DNA from: Eledone cirrhosa
Taxonomy: Eukaryota
Direction of reading: 5' to 3'
NCBI GenBank assembly: GCA_964016885.1
Contig: OZ024749.1
Coordinates: 52,886,001 to 52,950,000 of the forward strand
DNA length: 64,000 bases
A program made the translations under genes and the position numbers. The notes under the pieces were generated by a model that was not told the DNA's origin, made no database searches, and was given only the letters and a program-made list of their open reading frames with translations. Of this stretch, positions 40,950 through 64,000 are shown in pieces (within the stretch, counting starts at the first letter, position 1; each line of letters starts with the position of its first letter).

Positions 40950-41106
40950 AGGAAGACATGATATGAAGGTTAAAAAACACTTGTGGATAGTGCAGTTTTA
41001 AATCAACATATGAGAAGTAGTTTTAGATTCTAAAACTACTTCTCATATGTTGATTTAAAACTGCACTATCCACAAGTGTTTTTTAACCTTCATATCATGT
41101 CTTCCT

Positions 41107-41175
41107 GTTTTATCTGATGAAAACACAAATATTATTGCATGATGATATTTGTTTTTGAAATGCGCATAATAAAAT
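41107..41175 (+). ncRNA. Minimal type I hammerhead ribozyme (family B, plus arm)
   Basis: Stem I GTTTTAT(41107-13)/ATAAAAT(41169-75); CTGATGA 41114-20; long stem II 41121-56; GAAA 41157-60; perfectly self-complementary stem III ATGCGCAT; predicted cleavage after A41168 (AUA). Confidence 0.75.
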
Positions 41176-41550
41176 ACATGGAACTCTTTTAACCATCTTT
41201 TGTTCTTATATATTATGTATACTCCAGTCCTACAAACTGTAGAGTGCTTCTTATCCGATATCTGCATTGCTTTATTGTACTACAATAAAACTCACCTCCT
41301 ACATATATATATGCAGAGGTTATATTTAATTTGTTGGGATTCAACAAGCTTAAAGATTTTTATAACTGATATAAAGCACTGATATAAAACAGTTTAGTGG
41401 AGTAAATATACAATATATTAACAAATGGAAACTATTTATAAAACCATATTTATTTTATTATACATATTTCAAGGGCCACCAAGGCAAATTATGGTGCGTT
41501 GTCTTTTTTCAGGGTACGTCAATATTTATTTATAAAACTAATCTGTATTG

Positions 41551-41616
41551 TATGTTATCTGATGAAAGCGCACCATAATTTGCCTTGGTGGCCCTTGAAA
41601 TATCTATAATAAAATA
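41551..41616 (+). ncRNA. Minimal type I hammerhead ribozyme (family A variant, slightly decayed)
   Basis: TATGTTAT CTGATGA(41559-65)...GAAA(41597-600) TATCTATA ATAAAATA; one mismatch each in stems I and III. Confidence 0.55.
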
Positions 41617-41826
41617 AATATGGTTTTATAAATATAGTTTCCATTTGTTAATATATTGTATATATATATATAGAGAGAAAGAGAGAGGGAGACACACACT
41701 CATATACTTTACTGTGAAACCCAATATTAAAACATTTTTCTTCCCTTACAATTATTTTGTCACTCTCTCTCTCAAAATATTACTGCTCTCTCACTAAAAC
41801 ATTACCCTCACTATATCCCACTACAT

Positions 41827-42482
41827 GTCCAAGATGCGTGCGTCACGAGGAAACCGTCGCACACGCATTCGTACACTGCCCGGGCGTTGCTGACCTGTGG
41901 GGCTATGTAGAACGACTACTGTCGCGGGTGGGACCAATCCGGTTGACCACCGAGAACATTGTCACAATCAAACCGCCTCCCCCTTTCAAAAACGAAGGAG
42001 AGGCGGTTTTCCTCTGTGTGATAGCCATGGCGAAAGAAGTTGTATGGTGGACAAGGTTGAAAGGGCTGAGGTCAGACATCTATCTCTCCGGCCAACAACT
42101 GGTCTTTTTTTTCAAGTACCACTTTAGAAGAAGGATCAGAATGGAGAGAGAGGTGCTCTACCCCAGCAAGTTTTATGAAAGATGGGTGAAAGTAGCGAGA
42201 ATGGCCCGAGTGAATGGGCCTTCTCTCTATATCAGCCTGTAGGTGAGAGAGGAGAAGAATGAGGAGAGGAAGGAAGCACCCGCTCTTTGTGCTCCTGAAG
42301 AGGAGGGTTGCACATGTTTTCGGGGGAGTGTGCGACCCATGTCAACGCCCCTCCCTATTGAGGACATCGATTGTTAAATTTAATTTGTTATATGTTTTTT
42401 ACACGTCTTTTTAAATGTATGTAAACTCCCCCCTTGTATTTGTTCCAATCTTTGATGCCCTGGTGGCAAATAAATAGAAATA
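41827..42482 (+). mobile_element. L1/Tx1-type LINE 3' fragment (ORF2 zf-RVT C-terminus), copy 1
   Basis: CPRCVRHEETVAHAFVHCP zinc-knuckle motif; 3' end ggcaaataaatagaaa; tatatcccactacat flanks both sides. Confidence 0.75.
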
Positions 42483-43550
42483 TATATCCCACTACATACC
42501 TCACTCACTTTTCCAATTCCCCCTCTCTCACCAGACCACTGAATTCTCTCCCCACCTCTCAATATCCCACTACATAAATCACTCTCTTTCACTCTCTTAA
42601 TTCCTCCTCTCTCACTAAACCTACAAATACTCTCCCGCTCTCTATATACCACTACATATCTCACTCTCTCTCACAATTCCTCCTCTCTCACTAGACCAAT
42701 AAACTCTCTCCCCCTCTCTATGACCCACCACCTACCTCACTCTTTTTCACAATTCGCCCTCTCTCACTAGGCTAATAAACTCTCACCACTCTCTATACCA
42801 AACTACATAGCTCACTCTCCTTTACAATTCGCCCTCTCTCACTAGACCACAAAATTCTCTCCCCCTCTCTATATTCCCTTACATACCTCACTCTCTTTCA
42901 CTCTCTTAATTTCCCCTCCCTCACTAAAGCTACAATACTCTCCCGCTCTATATATCCCACTACATATCTCACTCTCTCTCACAATTCCCCTCCCTCACTT
43001 GACCAATAAATTCTCTCCCTCTCTCTATAAACCACTACCTACCTCACTCTCATTCACAAATCCCCCTCTCTCACTAGATCACCAAATTATCCCTCCTCTC
43101 TATATTCCACTACATAACTCACTCTCTTTCACTCTCTTAATACCCCCTCACTCACTAAACCTATAAATTCTCCCCTGGTCTCTATACCTCACTACATATC
43201 TCACTCTCTCACACAATTCCCCCTCTCACTAGGCTAATAAACTCTCATCCCTCTCTATATCCAACTACCTCACTCTCTTTTACAATTTCCCCTCTCTCAC
43301 TAGACCAATAAACTCTCTCCCCCTCTCTATAACCCACTACATACCTCACTCTCTTAATTTCCCCTCTCTCAATAGATTAGTAATTAATCTCCCCCTCTCT
43401 ATATCCCACTACATACCTCACTCTATCTCAATTCCCCCTCTCTCACTACACCACCAAATTCTCTCCCCCTCTTTATATTCCACTACATACTTCACTCTCT
43501 TAACTCCCCTTCTCTCACTAGACTAATAAACTCTCACCCTTTATATCCCA
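42483..43550. repeat. Pyrimidine-rich minisatellite (~60-70-bp degenerate unit)
   Basis: Recurrent ctctctcactagacc...ctctctatatcccactacatacctcactctc. Confidence 0.85.
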
Positions 43551-44322
43551 GTCTGTTCGGTAGGACGTTTGGCCCGGGACCGATGGACAACTTCCAAAAG
43601 TCCCTGGCTTGGCAATGTTACCGAGGAGCTCTACCCGTTCGGGACAAGCTCTACAGACACGGGCGCCCGGGTAGGGACCCCTCGAAGAAGATCTGTCCGA
43701 GATGCGTGCATGACGAGGAAACTGTCGCACACGCATTCGTACACTGCCCGGGCGTTGCTGACCTGTGGGGCTATGTGGAACGACTACTGTCGCGGGTGGG
43801 ACCAATCCGGTTGACCACCAAGTACATTGTCACGATCAAACCGCCTACCCCTTTCAAAAACGAAGGAGAGGCGGTTTTCCTCTGTGTGATAGCTATGGCG
43901 AAAGAGATTGTATGGTGGACGAGGTTGAAAGGGCTGAGGTCAGACACCTTTCTCTCCGGCCAACAACTGGTCCTTTTTTTCAAGTACCACTTTAGAAGAA
44001 GGATCAGAATGGAGAGAGAGGTGCTCTACCCCAGCAAGTTTTATGAAAGGTGGGTGAAAGTAGCGAGAATGGCCCGAGTGAATAGTGAGAGAGGAGAAGA
44101 ATTAGAAGAGGAAGGGAGCACCCGCTCTTTGTGCTCCTGAAGAGGAGGGTTGCACATGTTTTCGGGGTGTGTGCGACCCATGTCAACGCCCCTCCCTATT
44201 GAGGACATCCATTGTTAAATTTAATTTGTTATATGTTTTTTTACACGTCTTTTAAATGTATGTAAACTCCCCCCTTTGTATTTGTCCCAATCTTTGATGC
44301 CCTGGTGGCAAATAAATAGAAA
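43551..44322 (+). mobile_element. L1/Tx1-type LINE 3' fragment, copy 2 (longer 5' end, small deletion removing the stop)
   Basis: LAWQCYRGALPVRDKL...CPRCVHDEETVAHAFVHCP; highly similar to copy 1. Confidence 0.75.
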
Positions 44323-44464
44323 TTACTCTCTTAATTCTTCCTCTCTCACTAAACCAACAAATACTCTCCCGCTCTCTATATCCCACTACATACCTTACTG
44401 TAGCTTAAGTGAACGTGACCCAACGGGTCACGGTTTGTCGAGTTCTATCAATTCAAAGGATTGA

Positions 44465-44595
44465 GACTGTCAGCCTCGGCGTCAAGATATATGTTAAAAA
44501 GAAAGGGAGCCAGAACACATCCCTGTTTGACACCTATACCAAGCTGAAAGAGCTGAAGTGATTCGCCACCCTCACAGATCTTAACCATTATGCAA
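44465..44595 (-). pseudogene. Non-LTR (RTE-like) reverse transcriptase fragment
   Basis: GVKQGCVLAPFLFNIYLD matches the conserved RT motif G-x-QG-x-LSP-LFN. Confidence 0.6.
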
Positions 44596-45629
44596 TGAAG
44601 AGTTGCAACATGTGAAGAATGTGTGGTGGACATCTAAACTTCCTGATTACATTCCATAGTAAATCACAACCGAAGGGGTACACAAACACGTCTATATAGC
44701 ATCCATACGTTAGATTCACATTTACTACCTCATATAATCATTTTATTTCAATTTATGGATTTAAAAAAAAATTACAATTAAAGCAGGCGGAAAAAAATAA
44801 AGCCCCTCCCCGCATACTACAGACTAGTGAATATTAGCTTTGCAAATTGGTGGTTTGATTAGTTCAGTGTTCGCCGGGTGTGCGATTTTCATAATAAAAT
44901 TTATAGGTTATCGATTTTTAAAAATGTCAAAAGTTAGCTATAATTTTGTCTGCCATTTCATATACCTAAAGCGAAACATCCCCTAATCTTATTTGACAAT
45001 CAACCGACAGAGTTAATTTTATTGTCTGCCATTTTATATACCTAAAGCGAAACATCCCTTCATATTTTATCCGACAAACCAACGATAGAGCCTCAATGTA
45101 GTCGTTCGACCTGCTGGAAATAGCAGCGAAATCTCTCTCAAGTCCACACCCTTTCGTATTAAAATAGAAAGTGTACACATTAGGTAATATAATCCTAGAT
45201 ACACTTTGTTGTCTGAAAGAAACAAAACATAACAGAAAAAATAGACGGGATGGTCACGACAGGAATGTCGTATGCTATCGATCTGCAGATCGATCAGTCT
45301 GTATTGACATGAAAAGCTTTACTTAAAAACAATAACAACTATCAAGATTATTGTGGTTGTCATGTCACTATAGATTTTCAAGAAACGTTTCCTACACTTA
45401 TTATAAATATTACTAAATTATCATTATTATTAACATTACTAAATTAGAAATTAATATTACTAAATATCATTAAATAAACGAAAATGTTCAATTATGTTCG
45501 ATTTTTCTGTGATTTTTGTAAGGTTTGTTATATTTATATGAGAAAAACCCTGACAAAAAAAAATCAGCCGGAAACATTTGGAACTCTTCTTGTTTTGAAA
45601 ATAAAAATTATTACTAAAAAGACAACAAA

Positions 45630-58945
<13,316 letters not shown>

Positions 58946-59667
58946 AGACACGCCCGATGATATATCAGTATGAATACATCTTGGTATGTTTAACGGGTTT
59001 TTTGGGGGAGCTTCTTATTATTTAATAACATATGTGAATAGATTATTAAAAACAAATGATCAAATAGTTAAGAGGACTCGTCGGTCAGGCCATGGTACAG
59101 CAACCTCTCTAGTGTTGGTGATCTACATGATAAATGCATCTAGTAGATGCTGTAAAGTGGTTGAGGATAGGAAGAGCACCCAGCCACAGATTGCTAATAT
59201 TATCTGGCAGAAAAAGCAAAGATCCTCAAGACCAATAAATATGTTTTTTGTCACCTTTCAAAGAATACAACCATTTACTGTTGCCTTATCTTTATATAGA
59301 TAATCATATAATCTTTTGTTTTTTATTTCTTTTCAGAAAGAATCATCTTCAATTTAACAGTTGGGAACCATCTGTACCACAGTAACCACCACCTCACCAC
59401 CACCACATTTTATCATTTCTTTTCTTACGTCGTTTGTCATTATCATATCACCAGCATCATCACCAGCATCATCACAAGCATCATCACCGTCATCATCATC
59501 ATTGTCGTCGCTGTCATTATTATTCATTATTATTATCACGATGTTTTAGTAACCTCCTCCTCAGCCTTAATATCAACCAGTTAGATATCAACTGGGAGCT
59601 TTATAACGCATCATTTACTCAACTGCTTCTCATTTCAATATTCTGCAAAGCCGATGACTTTGCGGAG

Positions 59668-59702
<35 letters not shown>

Positions 59703-59917
59703 GTCTGTAAAAAAAAAAACAACTACAAAATAGAAAAAAAAAACAAAAAAACCCACAAGCAAAAACCCCAACAAACTCAGCCCCCCTCCCCCCATGGGAA
59801 ACAAAGAAAAAAAAAACAACAAACCCCTATCTTGTAATTATATAATCAGTTAGGGAATAATATATGTATAAAGTTTTAAGTAATGTAATCTAAACAAAAC
59901 TTTGATGCTGTTTCTTT

Positions 59918-59954
<37 letters not shown>

Positions 59955-60332
59955 ATATATATATTTGTGTGTTTATATATATATTTTTGTGTGTGTGTAT
60001 ATATATAATTGTGTGTTTATATATATATATATATATATGTGTGTTTATATATATATGTGTGTTTATATATATATTTGTGTGTTTATATATATATTTGTGT
60101 GTTTATATATATATTTGTGTGTTTATATATATATTTGTGTATTTACATTTATATATTTGTGTGCATGTATGTATATATATATGTGTGTGTGTATGTATAT
60201 ATATTTGTGTGTGTATGTATGCACATGTCCTTGTGTGTTCTTATGTGGACGTTGGACGAATCCACAAAGATAAACATCATGTTTGACTTTGAAAAAAAAA
60301 ATGTATATGTGTGTCTGTATATATACACACAT

Positions 60333-60363
<31 letters not shown>

Positions 60364-60989
60364 ATTCTAAGTCTATTAAATTTCAGTTACATTTATAATC
60401 TATTTTTCTTCCCTTTTTTTACTTACAAAAGGAATATTGAAAACATTTTAACAATTTGAGTGATTGTCTTGTTCTCGGAAATAGAAAAATATGTGAGTGT
60501 AGCATAGGGTGAGTGAGAGAGAGAAAGAGGAAGTCTACATAAAATCCTGTGCCCCTCACATATAATATACAACTCCTTTGTGTCTTCTCCAGTAACATAA
60601 GATTCTGGAAAATGATAAGTTTTTTTTCTCACTGGAGTCAGTTCCATTGTTCATTCCCTGGTTCAGTGACATCTTGTACAAGTATCTTAACCATAGCCTG
60701 ACATCTTGCCAAGGATCAACCCATGCCTTAGAAGAAATTGGCTGTGTTCAAACATGGAGAGAGGACAGGCTCTGTTAAGTATAAAGAATACCCAAGAATG
60801 TTACTCAGTGTCCCTACAACTCCACCAGATGGTACCAGGTCCATATATACATGAAGTGATGGTGCAATGTCTAGTGGCTAAGGTGTTGGGCTCACAATTG
60901 TAATACCATGGCTTCAATTGCTGGACTGGGTGACTTGTTGAGTTCTTAAGTAACAACACTTCATTTCACTTTTCTCTTGTTCCTCAGGA

Positions 60990-61420
60990 AATAGCTGCCA
61001 CTCCACTACACATGCCGAAATCCTCCTTTAAAACTACATGTGTCCCTCTACACATGTTCAAATCCTCCTTTAAAACTACATGTGTCTCTCCCCTACACAT
61101 GTTCAAATCCTCCTTTAAAACTACATGTGCAACATCTTTACTGCACCCAACCTCCTCACCGATACCTTGCTCTGTTAAACAATAATTGTCCCTTATTAAG
61201 TACCACATTTTCTCAATAATAACTCCATTGTGGTTTGTCAACAGACTCGCGGAATGCTGGGGCAATCTCCACGTAACTGATATGTGGCTGTCTTTTATTG
61301 GGCTAACACCCATAACATTAGCATCAAAACTCTGTTGAATTTGGTAAATTGTTTCAGCTTGGATATCTCCAAGATTTTGGTAAAACTTGATACAAGTTCG
61401 TTGCTCCCTACATTCCATTA
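60990..61420 (-). pseudogene. mariner transposase remnant (N-terminal HTH region)
   Basis: MECREQRTCIKFYQNLG...AETIYQIQQSF and IGEEVGCSK..AHVVLKEDLNM resemble Mos1/Hsmar N-terminal motifs. Decayed, with ~35-bp tandem copies. Confidence 0.6.
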
Positions 61421-61431
61421 TTATTGGTTGA

Positions 61432-61652
61432 GAGCGGTGGATTGGCAGTACTGGTAGAGGGTCGGGCGCCATGCTTTGCAACATAGAGTTACGGCCCTTC
61501 ATGATCCGAGTTCAAATCCCGCTGAGGTTAGCTTTGCCTTTCATCCTTACGAGGTCGATAAAATAAAGTACCAGTCACACACTGGGGTCGATTTAATCGA
61601 CTTTCCCCACCCCCAAAATTGCTGGCCTTGTGCCTATTTAAGAAACCATTAT
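61432..61652 (+). mobile_element. tRNA-derived Meta-type SINE, full-length copy
   Basis: gagcggtggattggcag...gagttcaaatcccgc...gtcgataaaataaagtaccag...gctggccttgtgcc. Confidence 0.75.
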
Positions 61653-62526
61653 TTTTGGTTGAAATGAAAATGAGGCAAGTAGTACAGAACCTTTTCACAT
61701 GCTGACTATCTGACAGTGACTGACACATCCTGCAAGCTTGCCAAAAAAAACCATGATTTTTTATTGCAAGTGACTGAGCATTCCTAAACAATACTTTTAG
61801 TGTAGTTGTCAGACAGATTTGGGTTGACAAGACTGGCCCCTTGAATTTGAATTACAGGAATAATTTGTTTTGTCCGCTGAGTAAACTGGAGCAATGTGAA
61901 ATAAAATGTCTTGACTTGCTCAAAGATCCTCTGGGTATTGAACTCATAACTTTATGACCATGAATCAAATACTCTAACCACCGAGCCACATACCTTCACA
62001 ATTGAGTAGTCCATGGTCTAATAATATTTCTACTTTTGGCACAAGGCCAGCAATTACTTCAGTGCATTACTGGTACTTTATTTTATCGACCCTGTAAGGA
62101 TGAAAGGCAAAATTAACCTCAGCAGGATTTGAACTCAGACCATAAAGGGACGTAACTCTATGTTGCAAAGCATTTTCAATAATTAGTGATATATTCGAAA
62201 TATATAATAAACGTTCAACTCTGGAAATTTCAGCATTTCTTCTAGACCATAACTAGAAGAATTACCATCCACTTTTTATGTAAATTTATTCAATGATATA
62301 AATATTTCATATAAAAACAATCTAGATTGTAAAAATATTTCTTAATTCTGTCAAAAATGACAATTCATTTGAGAATGAATTTTTCCCCAAACATCTGTAA
62401 ATTGTGATCTTCAGTCCACCATCTCAATTCTTTGTTTTTATAAATATTATTTGATTTTTGGTATATTTTTATAAAGAGTTTATAGTAAAAAGATGAACAA
62501 TGTTTTATACATTCACCTTGTGTGAT

Positions 62527-62878
62527 TTAACCCATTAGCATTTACATTACTCTATATTTAATATTATATTTCACGGTTAAGGATTTATCTCACATAATAA
62601 TGAGTCGATGAGATTTTAATATTTATTTTGAGAACAGACATTACCTTAACATTAGTATGAGTAGCTTGTTAAAGCCGGTTTGAACAGAAAGAGGTGAGAG
62701 AATTCTGGCCAGTTTGAACAGAAAGTGGTGAGAGAATTCTGGCTGGTTTGAACAGAAAGAGGTGAGAGAATTCTGGCCAGTTTGAACAGAAAGAGGTGAG
62801 AGAATTCTGGCCAGTTTGAACAGAAAGAGGTGAGAGAATTCTGGCCAGATATGGCCAGTTTCAATGCTAAGGGGTTAA
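62527..62878 (-). mobile_element. piggyBac-type MITE with a ~5 x 34-bp internal tandem, inserted at the ERCC8 stop codon
   Basis: TTAA at 62527-30 and 62875-78; TIRs CCCATTAGCATTTA/TCAATGCTAAGGGG; tandem at about 62680-62850. Confidence 0.75.
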
Positions 62879-63380
62879 TCTTCATCACTACTCCATGCAT
62901 CAGCAGTTGGCAATGCTGTATTCCGTTTACTATTTTGTGTTCCATCTTTTGGTCTCTTTTGGCTGCTAATTTCTCTGAGATGTTCTTCATAAGCGTCGTC
63001 TGTATTTGGAACCCATATAAGAATATTGCGATCATTTCCACCGGAATAAAGTTCTTGGTAGTTACGCTGGAATTTGCAACAGTTCACTTGATTATAATGT
63101 CCATGTAAAACATCAATTTTAGATCCTGAGAAAATATTATAAATATTAATGTCACTGCCTTCAGGAATAAAAATAACATCCGGGGAGCCGTTGTGTGAAA
63201 CTGCTATTTTGACACAGCGACGGCTCATGTTGTTAATTTTTCCATAGTTCACCAAAGTGTTTCTACCTGATGCTGTGCTCCACAGGCGGATACACTGATC
63301 TGTACCAAGAGTTACTAAAAGAAGACCGTCTGTTGTAAATTGCAGCCCGTTAACATGGCCATCATGAGCAAATATATGAG
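62875..63380 (-). CDS. ERCC8: DNA excision repair protein ERCC-8 (CSA, WD40 repeat), last coding exon; upstream exons presumably beyond the right edge
   Basis: Acceptor AG at 63381-63382. WD40 peptides AHDGHVNGLQFTTDGLLLVTLGTD, GRNTLVNYGK, LHGHYNQVNCC and QELYSGGNDRNILIW, ending DAWSSDED* as in ERCC8 proteins. Confidence 0.9.
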
Positions 63381-64000
63381 CTGAAAGGTAAAAAATATGA
63401 CTTTGTAAGATAACAGAAAGATTTGAGCTGAAAGGTAAAAATATTAAATGACTGATGAGTTTTAGAAATAGATATACTCTATAACATGTTCCAGCCGACA
63501 GGCTGAGGCCATGCTGGGGCACCACAATTATATAGTAATATAGTTAATATGGTACAATGTAGTAGATATATATAAAGGGGAAAGGATGACATTATTTTCT
63601 AAGATTACAGAAATCAATTTAAAATATAATATTGATTTTTTTATTTATATATTATTTATTAATTTTCTTTAGTATTCATCATCTCTTTTATGTCCATTTT
63701 GTCAGTCTGGCATGGGTTGGATGAGATATTTTGAGGCAGTGTTTTACAGCTGTTTTATTCATCTCATATGAAATGCAGGGATATGGTGGACCTTATTGAA
63801 AACAACCAGGATACACAGTATATTATATACAAGAACAATTTTACAAGGAAGGAGATATTAACAGTTGAACTATAGAATATAACTTGTAAGAAATGTCAAA
63901 TTGGACATTTTAAAACCTGGTAGAACCCATTTCTCTCCAGGTTTGACCACAGAGAATGAAAGAATCATATATATATATAAAGAGAGAGGAGAGAGAATGT

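Larger units (their letters stand above)
40843..41303 (+). mobile_element. Non-autonomous Penelope-like palindrome+tail element (family B) in (TA)n
   Basis: 185-bp arms 40843-41027/41029-41213 around a 1-nt spacer (one mismatch), tail 41214-41303, (TA)n on both sides. Confidence 0.65.

Noticed and set aside
40774-41267. Two ORFs on opposite strands with nearly identical peptides
   Set aside because: Consequence of the palindrome; no protein similarity recognised.
59354-59700. His/Asp/Ser-rich ORFs downstream of HDAC3
   Set aside because: (CAT)n repeats in the presumed 3' UTR.

Overview
AT-rich, microsatellite-dense eukaryotic (animal) genomic DNA. The repeat families and intron style suggest a cephalopod such as Octopus; this is inference, not shown by the sequence. 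Four spliced genes can be reconstructed with GT-AG junctions and consistent phases: the 5' part of an ATAD2/ATAD2B AAA+ ATPase (minus, runs off the left edge), a complete 17-exon thimet oligopeptidase/neurolysin (M3A) gene (minus), a complete 14-coding-exon HDAC3 gene (plus), and the last coding exon of ERCC8/CSA (minus). Introns and spacers hold tRNA-derived SINEs, TTAA-flanked piggyBac-type MITEs, mariner relics, CR1/RTE/L1-type LINE 3' fragments and TE-seeded minisatellites. The most notable unexplained signal is a set of short non-coding 'palindrome + tail' elements sitting in (TA)n tracts. Several carry foldable minimal type I hammerhead ribozymes on both strands, with self-complementary stem III, covariation between copies, a shared tail motif and long flanking direct repeats. 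They look like a multi-family system of non-autonomous Penelope-like/retrozyme-like elements. Other points: a 108-aa acid-free N-terminal extension on the M3 peptidase, an out-of-order duplicated exon, duplicated splice sites, a MITE inserted at the ERCC8 stop codon, and a ~340-bp inverted repeat in an HDAC3 intron. All coordinates and folds were read by eye.
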